This document shows, piece after piece, positions 42,964 through 53,415 of a stretch of DNA of 64,000 bases (position 1 is the stretch's first letter; each line of letters opens with the position of its first letter). The notes under the pieces are model-generated. The model was not told where the DNA came from and did not search any database. It saw nothing but the letters and a program-made list of their open reading frames with translations. The position numbers were made by a program, and so were the translations under genes. The stretch spans positions 1-64,000 of the forward strand of contig CAWBHS010000080.1 in NCBI GenBank assembly GCA_963788655.1, in the 5' to 3' direction. This DNA comes from an uncultured Verrucomicrobiae bacterium (GTDB lineage: Bacteria > Verrucomicrobiota > Verrucomicrobiia > Limisphaerales > JAFGQR01).

Positions 42964-44806
42964 TTAGAAGTCGAAGTCGGCGGCTTTGGTGGCTTCGGCG
43001 GCCACCCGGACGACGCGGAATTCCACGCGCATGTTTTGCTTGGCTTCGTCCATGTTGCGCGGCTTGGCGACGAACGGTTCACGAATGCCCACGCCCACCG
43101 GCTGGATCTGGCTTTTATCGAAATTGAGCCCTTTGGACTTCGCGTATTCCACGATGGAATCGCGCACCGCTTCGGCGCGCAATCGCGACAAATTCAGTGC
43201 CGCCTGCATGGTTTCGCGCGGGTTGATATCCGGCACCCCGTCGAAGGCGCCCGCATCGATGTACTGGGTGAGTTGGTCGAGGGCGCTCAGGTCGAGCGGC
43301 TTGCCGTTGAGCGAATAAGAGTAATTCCCGCTCGAACCCACCCGCTTGAGCACGCCTTTTTTCATACCGGCGCGAACCAAATCCAGCAGCGTTTTGGTGG
43401 GGTCGGCGTGCCCGCGAATGGCGATCGCGGCATTGCCAAACTTGTCGGCGGTTTCCACCACGCGCTGGAACTCGGCGCCGTATTGCACCGCACTGAACGT
43501 CTCCTGGTTGGGCTCAAAGTTGATGGTGAACGAAATGATCGTGCGCGAATCCAGCGCGCCGCCCGAACTCAGCGCCTCGATCTCACTCTGCACCGCCTCG
43601 GCGCGGAAGCGTTCTCCGCGCTCAAATTTGGTCTTGGTGAGGTAACTCAGGAACATTGGCGATTGATAATCCAGGCCCGACGGAAACAAGCCCATCCGTT
43701 CCTTCGCGTAGCCGCGGCTGGTGGCCAGGTCGAGCGCGGATTTTTGGAAGGCCTCGAATCCGTGCAAATTGCCGGTCTGCGTGAAGAACGTCACGTTGCC
43801 CGGGTAACCCACAAACGTGCAGTCTGAGATCAACCCGTGCGCATCCTCCAACGTCGGGATGGTTTGCTTGCCATAGATCGTTTGGGTTAATTCCAGCATC
43901 GCCTTGTAGGGCGCCGAACCGGAAGCTTCGTATTGTTTCTTCAAGTCGATAATTTCTTCGCAGGCCTTCAAGTAGCCGGCCACGAATTTGGTAATCAGCG
44001 GCTTGTTGGCGTCGTAGAAATCCTTGCGGCAGACATACACGTCCGCGATGGAACGGCTCAGTTCGGCCGTCGAAACCAGCACCCGCGCGTCCTTGACCGT
44101 GCCCTCGGCGCCCGAACCCGTGTTGTGCAGGCCGCCGCACAAACTGATCATGTCCGGCGTGATGGCGAAGCAGGCGTCAATGTTCGTTTGTTTGCGGAAC
44201 ATTTCCGGCGCGGAATCGGGCGAGGCGGTCAGGTCCTTGGCCCAGACGACTTTGATGTCGTTCCAACTGAGCTTGGCGGTTTGCAGAATGTCATTCAGCA
44301 TCCCGACATGCGGGCCGCCTTGCTGGAGGACCACGGTTTTGCCTTTCAGGTCGGCCATGGTTTTGATGTGCCCCCGCGCGACCATGTGATCGCCGGCCGA
44401 CCAGGTCAGTTGCAGGATCACGACGCCTTTGGTCCGCGGGTCCGATCCAATCGCTTCGGAAGCCAGACCCATCATTCGGAACGTGCCGCGCAGGAACGGC
44501 GTTTTGCCCGCCCGGTAATCCCGCACTTGTTGGACGAAATCATCGCCGGCCGTCAGACGGAGGTTGAGTCCCTGTTTTTGGAAAATAGTATTGGGCTGGG
44601 TCGCGAGGCCGCCGTTCGCGTAGAACGTGGCCATGTCTCCCCCCCAGGTGATGTAGGGCACCTGCAAGGGCGCTGTTTGCGTGACCGGTCCCACCGGCGC
44701 GTTGCCCACGAGATCAAGAAAGCGTTTTTCCTGCGCCCGGCTGGCTACGGCCACCGAGAGCAGTCCGAGCGTGACAATGAACAGAAGATGATTTCGTCGG
44801 TTTCAT
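42964..44806 (-). CDS. Exported PBP2 (NMT1-like) substrate-binding domain fused to OmpA-like domain
   Basis: Signal M.RRNHLLFIVTLGLLSVA (1-nt frameshift just after the ATG); ITWGGD, TWSAGD, IADVYV; INFEPNQ, IRGHAD, LSRLRAEAVR, GVGIREP, NMRVEF. Confidence 0.88.
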
Positions 44807-45301
44807 GGCAGTGTCTTTCGTTGGCAAACAATTCATGTTATTCAGTCGAGCTATCTCGCGTCCATTAACAACGAGTCCTTATGGGCGCCAGCCGGATCCC
44901 GCAGGATTTCCCGGCCGTGCCAGCATCGTTGCAATGAGTCCGGTCCACAGGCACTTGTAGTAATGCAACCCGCCGTGCCGGGCAAGTACACATTCCCCGG
45001 CACTTTGTAATATTTTGACAACGTGATGAAGCATTCGTCGAGCTTTGCCATAGAATTGCACGGCGCGGTGGTTTATACCTTCGCTCCATGATCGCTTGTT
45101 TGAAACGGCTCAGGCTGCCGCTCTGCTTGGTGAAAAGACTGCGCTTTGCCGTAGCGCAGATTTGCAATCTGCTGCCGCTGCCGCGCTGGTGCGCTTTAGC
45201 GCGCCACGGGTATTGCCGAGTTGGATTCGGCACTGGAGCTTGGGCTATTGTCAGTCGGCTCGTTCAATTGGACTTCTTAATTGGTGCGGGGCTCGCGCTA
45301 A

Positions 45302-45406
45302 CGCGGCAGCGTCGTGGAGTGCGGCAGTCCTCTGCCGCTTTCGAACGCCGCGCCCCGTCGAAAGCGGCAGAGGACTGCCGCACTCCAAAACCTGGCGGCT
45401 ACTCGC
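45302..45406. repeat. Family A' doublet (GGAG-tagged)
   Basis: GGAGTGCGGCAGTCCTCTGCCGCTTT ... AAAGCGGCAGAGGACTGCCGCACTCCAAAACCTGGCGG; near-identical to 53121-53227. Confidence 0.85.
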
Positions 45407-45414
45407 ATGGCTCA

Positions 45415-48210
45415 ATGGACAGGCTTGCGCATTCCTTGGCTGTTGCCTGGCTGATGATTCTCGCAACTGGCGGCGTTTCGGCCACCGGCCAAGCAGCGGC
45501 GCCAATTGGCAACCGCGTTCTCGCGGCCTGGGAATTCAATCAGGCGGGCAACCTGCAAGGTTGGCAGCCCAACGGGCACTTGACCGAGGTGAAGGTGGCC
45601 GATGGCGCGCTCTCCTGCCGGGCGGTGGGCTCCGATCCGATTCTGGAATTGCGTCCGCTGATCGATCTGACGGCGTCGCCCTGGCAGTTCCTCGAAGTCC
45701 GCTTGAAAGCCAGTCGCGACGGCACCGCGGAATTCTTCTGGAGCAACACGTCCACCGGCCGCTATGGCGGATTCAGCCAGGAGAAAACCACGCGTTTCAA
45801 CGTGACCGGCGACGGCCAGTGGCACACGTATCGATTGATGCCCTTCTGGCAGGCGGAAAAGAAAATCGTTCGGCTGCGGTTCGATGTGTTCGACGGCGCC
45901 AGGTTTGACGTAGATTATTTTCGCATCCTCCAGCAAGACATGCCGCGGGTAGTGGATCGAGCGGATTTTGATTTTGCCGACTCCGCTCAGAATTGGCAGG
46001 CGCTTGAAGGCGCTTCATTGGATGCCGGTTCGCAGGGGGTGTCCATTTCGACAAGCACCGCGGAAGGATTTGTTTTCGCACCGCCCGTGCGACTGTGGGC
46101 GGACGAGGAGAATTTTGTTTCGTTGCGCCTGGCGGTTGACCGCGGAAGCCGGGCCACGTTGTTTTTCGCTACTGCCGAGCAGTCCAGTCTGAAGAGCCTG
46201 ACGTTCCCCATCAAGGCCGGCGCCGGGGAGCGCACCTACAATCTCGATATGCTGGCGGCACCGGGATGGAAAGGTCACGTCATTGCCTTGGGACTGCGTC
46301 CGAGCGATGCCGACGGGGCAACTGGCCGATTGCGCTGGTTGAAGGTCAGCGATGCACCGCAGGGGGCACCGCAATTGCAGGTCAAATCCTTTGTGCTGGC
46401 GGATGCTCTGCCGCGCGCCGGACGGTCTGCGACATTGGCAGCGATTGTTTCCAACACCGGCGGCATCATGGCCACGAACATCCAGGCCCGACTGGAACTG
46501 CCGTCTGGCCTCAAGCTGTCGGATAACGATGCGGATGCGAAGTCCATTGCGGCGTTGGGCTTTGGCGACGAGGTTCCGTTGAATTGGCGCGTGATGGCGG
46601 CGGCTCCGTTAACCAACACTGTCCGACTGTCGCTTTCATCGCCCAATGCCGAAGCTGTCGAGACCACTGCGTCGGTGGATTTCCTGCCCGCGCTCAAAAT
46701 TGAGCCGGCCGAATACGTGCCCGAGTGCAAACCGGTGCGCGGTCCGTATGAGGTGGGAGTTTATTACTTTCCCGGTTGGAAGACCGCCAGCCAATGGCGC
46801 CCATCCGGCGGTTCCCGGAACGCAAACCGGTGTTGGGCTGGTATCGCGAAGGGGATCCGGAAGTGGCCGATTGGCACATCAAATGGGCGGTCGAGCACGG
46901 CATCACGTTCTTTGCCTACGACTGGTACTGGAACCAGGGCGCGCGACAGCTTGAGCACGCGCTGCACGACGGTTACTTCCACGCGCGCTACCGGCACTTG
47001 CTCAAGTTTTGCCTGCTCTGGGCCAATCACAATCCGCCCGGCTCTTCGTCGCGAGAGGATTGTCTGGCGGTGACGCGATATTGGATCGAGAACTATTTTC
47101 GCCGCCCCGAGCATTTGACCATCGACGGCAAACCGGTGGTCATCATTTTCAGTCCCTACCGGCTGACCTCGGACCTGGTAAGCGCCAACGTAAAGGCGGC
47201 ATTTGAAGCGATGCGGGCGGAATGTCGGCAAGCAGGTTTGAAAGGGCTTTACCTGATCGCCTGTGTCGGCGATGCGGGCGGGGCTCGTCAGGCGGCGGCT
47301 GAAGGTTATGATTCGGTGACGGCCTACAATTGGCCCGGCCTGGGAAAAACGGGCGAGGGCATGTATGCGCCGTATTCGACGTTGATCGAGGGCTATCGTC
47401 GGAACTGGGAACACATCCTGGAACAGAGTCCCATTCCGCTGGTGCCGCTGCCCGTGAGCGGTGGTTGGGACAGCCGGCCCTGGCATGGTGAGAACAACCT
47501 GGTCCGCTTCGGTCGGACACCGGAATTGTTCAAACAGCATTTGTCGGATGCCCGCCAGTTTCTGGAGACGTTCCAAGCCTCTAGCGTCAGCGCCGAAAAT
47601 GGTATTGGTCGAAGCCTGGAACGAATGGGGGAAGGTTCGTATATCGAGCCGCACAAGGAATATGGATTCGGCTATCTTGACGCCATTCGCAATGTGTTCA
47701 GCTCGGCCCCGCAAGCGCACACCGATCTTGCGCCTGCGGACGTGGGACTGGGTCCTGTACGATTTGCCGCCCGTAGTGTATCAGACCGCGTGGGATTTCG
47801 CGTCGAATGACGAAGGTTGGAGCAACACGATGGGCCTGGCGGACGTTCAGTCGAAGGCGGGCGTGCTGGCCGGACGCGCGGTTTCAAATGATCCGGCGTT
47901 TTTCGGACCGCCGATGCAGGCCCGGGCGAGCGAGTTCAACGCCGTCAGGATTCGCCTGCGATTGGAGAAAACCAGCGGCTCGGCATTCACTGACTCCGCC
48001 CAGTTGTTCTGGCGCACGAGCCGTCTGGCGGAAAGCGAAGCCACCAGCGAGCACTTCGCCGTCACTGGCGATGGTCAATGGCACGACTACACCGTGGTGG
48101 TGGCGAAGAACCGCCGTTGGCGGGGTGTCATCACCCGTTTGCGGATCGATCCGTGTAACCGACCGGGGGTGAGGGTGGAGATTGGTTCCGTCAAACTGGT
48201 GAGACAGTAA
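45415..48210 (+). CDS. Multidomain GH99/WbsX-like glycoside hydrolase with three CBM-like repeats (frameshifted)
   Basis: VGVYYFPGW, PVLGWYREGDP, FAYDWYW, LWANHN, EAWNEWGEGSYIEP; repeated W.F..GW..DP..DGQWH.Y modules. Confidence 0.8.
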
Positions 48211-48313
48211 ACAAGCGTCGCTTGATCATTGCCACCAATCCGCAAGCAGAAAGAACCAAGAATGAATCCAGTGCCGCTGAATGGCAATCCATCCCCAGGT
48301 AGGGCTCCCAACG

Positions 48314-48418
48314 AAAGCGGGAGCAAGCTCCCCGCACTCCATACGCTGCGCGAGGTTTGGCCGGGCCAGCCGCAACGTCGCGCCAGCGTTTGGAGTGCGT
48401 CCGGCTTGCCGGCGCTTT
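48314..48418. repeat. Family A doublet (same arrangement as 22685)
   Basis: AAAGCGGGAGCAAGCTCCCCGCACTCC ... TTTGGAGTGCGTCCGGCTTGCCGGCGCTTT. Confidence 0.8.
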
Positions 48419-48563
48419 CGCGCGCCAGGTGCATTCAATTCTGCGCTACGATTGGCGGCAACTCCATCGGTTCTTTTGAACAAGCAAGTGCGTGCATTAG
48501 CAGGTCAAAGCTCCAATCTTCATTCGTGTCGATTTGTGTTCATTCGCGGCTGATCTAACATTT

Positions 48564-49700
48564 ATGAGTGACAAACTGGAAATCCTGCCGCTGTCCTGCA
48601 ACTCGCGGGACGTGCTCCGTTTCTTGAAGGTCAGTTACGGCATCTACCGCGACGACCCGCTTTGGGTGGCGCCGTTGTTGATGGACCTGAAGAAAGTATT
48701 CACGCACGCCAATCCGTTGTTTACCCACGCTGAGATGCAATTATGGGTAGCGGTCAAAAGTGGCCGCGATGTCGGGCGGATTGCCGGGATTGTCGATGAA
48801 AGCCACAACCGGACTCAGAAGGATCAAGCAGCCTTTTTCGGCTTTTACGAGTGCGTAAATGATGCAGCAGTCAGCCAGCAGTTGTTTGACGCCGTACAGG
48901 ATTGGGCCCGGCAAAAAGGACTGCGCCGGTTACTCGGTCCGATGAACCCCACCTCGAACGACGAGTGCGGCCTGTTGGTGGACGGTTTCGATTCCTCGCC
49001 GGTGATCATGATGACCTACAACCCGCGCTATTACCTGGACCTGATGGACACAGCGGGATTTCGCAAGGCCAAGGATTTGATCGCGTATCACATTGACCTG
49101 GCCAAAACGCCGATGGAACGATTCGAGCGGATTGCCGGGAAAACCAAAAAGCGATGGCCGGACTTGAAGTTTCGTCCGATCCGGCGCAAGACGCTGATCC
49201 AGGATTTGGGCAAGATCAAGGAAGTGTACAACGAGGCCTGGGAGGAGAACTGGGGCTTCGTGCCGATGACGGATGCCGAGGTGGATTTCATGGCCGAACG
49301 GCTGAAGCCCTTGTTGATGGAAGGCATCGTTTGGCTCACCGAGTTCGGCGATGAACCCGTGGGGTTCCTGCTGGCCTTGCCGGACTACAACGTGCCGATG
49401 AAACCGCTGCGCGGCCACGTGCTGACGCCCAAAGTGCTTGGCTTCCTACCCTATTTGCTGGGGTGGAAATACCCGCCGCGTTCGCGCGTGCTCGCGCTGG
49501 GCGTCAAGAAGGCCTATCGTGGCAAAGGCCTGGAGGCGGTGATGTTGTTCGAAGGCTTGAAAGCGGGATTTGCGGTTGGCTTTGTGGAAGCTGAAGCCTC
49601 GTGGATTCTCGAAGACAACACCATGATGCGCCGCGTGCTGGAGGTCTTCGGTGCAACGTCTTACAAAACCTACCGGCTCTACGAGCGGGAAATCTTGTAA
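48564..49700 (+). CDS. GNAT-fold N-acetyltransferase (YghO-like)
   Basis: WVAPL, VGRIA, FFGFYE, GLLVDGF, YNPRYY, WGFVPMT, LALPDYN, SWILEDN. Confidence 0.85.
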   Translation: MSDKLEILPLSCNSRDVLRFLKVSYGIYRDDPLWVAPLLMDLKKVFTHANPLFTHAEMQLWVAVKSGRDVGRIAGIVDESHNRTQKDQAAFFGFYECVNDAAVSQQLFDAVQDWARQKGLRRLLGPMNPTSNDECGLLVDGFDSSPVIMMTYNPRYYLDLMDTAGFRKAKDLIAYHIDLAKTPMERFERIAGKTKKRWPDLKFRPIRRKTLIQDLGKIKEVYNEAWEENWGFVPMTDAEVDFMAERLKPLLMEGIVWLTEFGDEPVGFLLALPDYNVPMKPLRGHVLTPKVLGFLPYLLGWKYPPRSRVLALGVKKAYRGKGLEAVMLFEGLKAGFAVGFVEAEASWILEDNTMMRRVLEVFGATSYKTYRLYEREIL

Positions 49701-49850
49701 GGGCTGGCGCGTCCGACTGTTCCCTGGGCTCTAATCCGGGCAGGTCACACCCTCATCGTAGCCGCCAACTGGAAACAAGAGGGTAGCTGGAAACATTCAG
49801 GTATGATTCCCTGAATGTGTAGCGGCTTCTCGCTGGCGCCAACTTGGGAC

Positions 49851-49883
49851 AAAAAAATGTGCGGCGCTTTACCGAAGCGCCGC
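49851..49883 (-). terminator. Intrinsic terminator downstream of LysR
   Basis: GCGGCGCTT-CGGTA-AAGCGCCGC followed by ACATTTTTTT on the minus strand. Confidence 0.7.
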
Positions 49884-49942
49884 TGCTCGAGATTCAGAGT
49901 GAAGGGATAAGGTTGGCAAGCGCCATTCGGGACTTCGCTTCG

Positions 49943-50824
49943 CTACGGTGTGCCCTTGAGGGTCGTGATGAATTGCGTCATCGCGGGCGACAGCGTTTTG
50001 CTTCGCTTGTAGATTACGGCCCAGGGTCGCCCCAGGTTCACGCCGTCGATCGGCACTGCTTTCAAGGTCTTTTTCGCCACTTCCTGCACCACCGTGCTCT
50101 GGGGTACAATGGCAACGCCGGCGCCAATCTCCACCGCCCGTTTGACAGTTTCCACGTTATCGAACTCCATGGCATGCGCCACACTCAGGCCATGTTCGCG
50201 GAACACCTTGTCGAGGGCCTTGCGCGTGGGCATGTCCGGGGCAAAACTGACGAATTTCTGCCGGGCCAGATCTTTGAGTTTGACGCTTCTCCGGCCGGCC
50301 AAGGGATGGTCCGGTGGGCAGATGAGCACCATCGTGTATTTGTGCAGGGGAACGATCTCGAGGTTCTTGGTTTTCTGGGGAAAGGCGACGAGGCCCAGGT
50401 CCACCAAGTTGCCCAGCACGTCTTCATACACCCGATTGGCCCGGCGGTATTCAATATGGACGTTGACGGTGGGATAGGCCTTGAGGAACTTCTTCACATA
50501 CGGAGGCAGATCGTGGAGCCCAATGCTATAGACGGTGGCCACGCGGATATTGCCGGAGATGATGTCCTCGATTTCCTTCAACTTCTTGAGCAGCGAATCG
50601 TGGGTCTGGAGGATCTTCCGGCTGTAGTCGTAAACCACCTGGCCTTCCCGGGTCAGGTTGAATTGCTTCTTGCTCCGCTCGACCAATCGGCTGTCGAAGA
50701 TCCGTTCCATTGACGAAATCTGCTGGCTGACGGCCGACTGGGTGACTTCGTTGATTTTGGCGGCTTTGGTGAAACTTTCAGTGTCCACCAGGTCACAAAA
50801 CATTTTCAGGCTTTCAAGTTGCAT
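49943..50824 (-). CDS. LysR family transcriptional regulator
   Basis: SFTKAAKINEVTQSAVSQQI, LTREG, DLGLV, EFDNVETVKRAVEIGAGVAIVP. Confidence 0.95.
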   Translation of the reverse strand: MQLESLKMFCDLVDTESFTKAAKINEVTQSAVSQQISSMERIFDSRLVERSKKQFNLTREGQVVYDYSRKILQTHDSLLKKLKEIEDIISGNIRVATVYSIGLHDLPPYVKKFLKAYPTVNVHIEYRRANRVYEDVLGNLVDLGLVAFPQKTKNLEIVPLHKYTMVLICPPDHPLAGRRSVKLKDLARQKFVSFAPDMPTRKALDKVFREHGLSVAHAMEFDNVETVKRAVEIGAGVAIVPQSTVVQEVAKKTLKAVPIDGVNLGRPWAVIYKRSKTLSPAMTQFITTLKGTP

Positions 50825-50866
50825 AATCGTGGGTGGGTAAGTTGTTTGGTTGCGTGGGTGGACGAC

Positions 50867-51364
50867 CTAGGCGCGGCGACGAGACACTTTCTTGTGGGCC
50901 TTCTTGCCGGTGGAAGGCACCGAGGACTTTCCGGTTGCGGTGGCGGCCAGCGACGGCGCCAGTTTGGCCAGCAAAGCTTTGGGGGGACTAAATTTGCCAT
51001 CTTGGCGCGGAAACTTTTGGCCATACAAGATCACTTGGATGGAGTTGGCCGGGTCTTTGCCGCCAAAGCGATAGCCCAGTTTCTTCACCGCCTCAAGGAT
51101 CTCCGGTTTGGTTAAGGGCTTGACGGCAGTCACCCTGACGATGGCCTCGCGCAGGGGCATGGGGTTGTCGATTCGTCGTTTGCCCTTGCGTCGGACTGCC
51201 GGCCGCGCAGCCGCAGCCGCCCGGGGTGCCGGGGCCGCGGCTGGAGCTGGGGATTGGCCCGTCAGCGCGGCGGTAACTTCCTTGAGTCGCGACGTGACGC
51301 GAGCTTTTTCGTCGATTAGTTTCTGCCGTGCTTCCACGTAGGACTTCAAAATGTCATTTGCCAT
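50867..51364 (-). CDS. Small basic protein: coiled coil, Ala/Pro linker and wHTH-like domain (putative nucleoid-associated)
   Basis: ARQKLIDEKARVTSRLKEVTAAL; PAPAAAPAPRAAAA; LREAIVRV..KPLTKPEILEAVKKLGYRF..DPANSIQVILY; K/R-rich tail. Confidence 0.7.
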   Translation of the reverse strand: MANDILKSYVEARQKLIDEKARVTSRLKEVTAALTGQSPAPAAAPAPRAAAAARPAVRRKGKRRIDNPMPLREAIVRVTAVKPLTKPEILEAVKKLGYRFGGKDPANSIQVILYGQKFPRQDGKFSPPKALLAKLAPSLAATATGKSSVPSTGKKAHKKVSRRRA

Positions 51365-51367
51365 GCG

Positions 51368-51405
51368 CAGGATATACATCCTGAGTATTGCTTATGACAA
51401 GCAAT
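51368..51405. promoter_or_regulatory. Two adjacent palindromes over the promoter region
   Basis: CAGGAT-ATAC-ATCCTG and ATTGCTT-ATGAC-AAGCAAT; TTGTCA on the minus strand. Confidence 0.5.
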
Positions 51406-51565
51406 CACTTTGTAACGAGGGGAGAAACTTTTCCCCGGCGCCTTAAAGTCTTAGCCGTTGCATCTCGAAATATGGGCTTCGCCGGGCGCACTAGGAATGT
51501 TTTCCCTTGAATATGCACCCAATTGTAGTTCTAATCCGCACACGTCATATAGATCGATTGAAGCC

Positions 51566-52828
51566 ATGAACATTTATATTTCCCGATCCGGCCAGTCGTT
51601 CGGCCCCTACCCCCTCGAGTCGCTGGCAGACATGATCCAGGCCGGTAACGTCTTGTCCACCGATCTCCTATGCCCCGAAGGCGGAACCGATTGGGTACCC
51701 GTGGCCGAGTTCCAGGCGGCGCATCCACCCAAACCCAAATTGTCGGTCGCCAAACCACCGGCCATGGCTTCCGGCGATGAAGGACCGCCGGTAATTGCCG
51801 AAGGCGCGGTAGGACACGCCGGGGAATATAGCGACGTGGAACAAGCCATTCTGCACGGCGGACGTTTCGTGCTGTACCAATACTGCGTCTCGGTGCTGGT
51901 CATGACCTTTAAGCGGGCTTCCTCGCCGGTGTTTCTGCGCGGCGACCAGGATGGTTTGGGGCCGGCGCTGCAATACTCGCTGATTTCGCTGGTGGCGGGT
52001 TGGTGGGGCATTCCGTGGGGACCGATTTGGACCATTGCCTCATTGGTCAACAATACCCGCGGTGGCACGGATGTGACCCAGGCCGTGTTGACGGACCGCT
52101 TCGGCCCGGCGCGCGCGGCCCAACTCATGGCTCGACGGCAGGCGCCGGTGCCACGAGGCATGGGTCTGAAGATGTTTCGGTGGGCGCTGGTGGGTTGTGT
52201 GTTGCTGCTGGTCGGAGGCATTGGGATTTTTGGGTATGGCGTGTATCGTGCCGGGGAACGGGAACGCAACCGTCCCCGGATGGCTGGCGAGACGGAGTTC
52301 GAGGTGGCCAACGACCGAATCAACTTGCCCCATGGCACGGTCGCTTTCGGCAACTCGGCGCAAGCGATCGCGGTGGCAACCCATTTTTCCCGGACCATGA
52401 AGTCGCTGCGCGAACAATTCTTTGAAGCCGGCCAAAAATCCGGACGGTCGTTGCGGGACAATCAATTCCTGACGTATTGCGAGCTGCGGCCACAACATTG
52501 TGTGATCCTGGTGCATGTGTCCGAGTTGCGGCGCTTCACCCGGGAGGCGCAAAAGTCCTTGGGCGAAATGGCGTGGTTTGCTGCCCAATCAGCCCTGAAG
52601 AAAAATGCGGTTGGCCGATCAGGCATGCCGGTGGCCGTGGGGGTGCGAGGCGAAATCTTGTACGACCGAGTGCTCCTGGGGCAATACCAACCAGCGGCAT
52701 CGGAGGACGAAACCGGCCTGGCGGCCACCCATGAAGGAAACCGATCTCGCGAAAAGTTGTTCGAGTTCTTCCAACCGCCGGCACGAACGCTGAGTGCCCC
52801 CGACAGTCATGCCCTTACGAACCGTTGA
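51566..52828 (+). CDS. GYF_2/DUF4339 domain membrane protein
   Basis: YISRSGQSFGPY..L..MIQAG....DL..EG..DW.P; GWWGIPWGPIWT. Confidence 0.8.
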   Translation: MNIYISRSGQSFGPYPLESLADMIQAGNVLSTDLLCPEGGTDWVPVAEFQAAHPPKPKLSVAKPPAMASGDEGPPVIAEGAVGHAGEYSDVEQAILHGGRFVLYQYCVSVLVMTFKRASSPVFLRGDQDGLGPALQYSLISLVAGWWGIPWGPIWTIASLVNNTRGGTDVTQAVLTDRFGPARAAQLMARRQAPVPRGMGLKMFRWALVGCVLLLVGGIGIFGYGVYRAGERERNRPRMAGETEFEVANDRINLPHGTVAFGNSAQAIAVATHFSRTMKSLREQFFEAGQKSGRSLRDNQFLTYCELRPQHCVILVHVSELRRFTREAQKSLGEMAWFAAQSALKKNAVGRSGMPVAVGVRGEILYDRVLLGQYQPAASEDETGLAATHEGNRSREKLFEFFQPPARTLSAPDSHALTNR

Positions 52829-52844
52829 CTCACCCGCCGCCAAA

Positions 52845-52991
52845 CAGCGTGCTGGCGGCAGATCGCACGGAAGAATGGCGGCGAATTGCCGCAGTGGTTC
52901 GGACCCACCTGGGGGTATTCGTTTCTGCTGGCGGGACGCCAGCAGCACGTTGGGCAGCGTGCTGTCGGCATCTGGCCGGCAGTTTGGAACG
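52845..52991. repeat. Family B degenerate doublet plus half copy
   Basis: CTGCTGGCGGGACGCCAGCAGCACGTT and CGTGCTGTCGGCATCTGGCCGGCAG. Confidence 0.7.
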
Positions 52992-53012
52992 TGAGCATTG
53001 AAGAAGAATGAA

Positions 53013-53072
53013 CCGAGGACCAATGACCAATTGCCAATGCCCAATGACTGGAGAATGACCAAAGTCCAATGG
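53013..53072. repeat. Heptamer tandem array
   Basis: CCGAGGA CCAATGA CCAATTG CCAATGC CCAATGA ... CCAAAGT CCAATGG. Confidence 0.7.
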
Positions 53073-53120
53073 CTAGTGAACCGTTGCAACTTCCCCCCAT
53101 GGGTTGGGGATCGGCGCCAG

Positions 53121-53227
53121 CGCGGCAGCGTCTTGGAGTGTGGCAGTCCTCTGCCGCTATCGGACGCACCGCCGCCCAGCGAAAGCGGTGGAGGACTGCC
53201 GCACTCCAAAACCTGGCGGTCACTCGC
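53121..53227. repeat. Family A' doublet
   Basis: Near-identical arms and flanks to 45302-45406. Confidence 0.85.
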
Positions 53228-53415
53228 GTGGTTCTTTAGGCATAGAACCGACAGTAATGCTGGGATGAGTCTTAACCTTCCTCGATTGAGAATATGCAAT
53301 ACTCCGTTTGCCCGCAGACGAACAGTGCAAGGCGTTTCGAACACAGTGCAAATTTCGTGCGCATCCACTGCATCCGATCCTGCCGGCGGGACGCTGGCTG
53401 CACGTTATTAACCCT

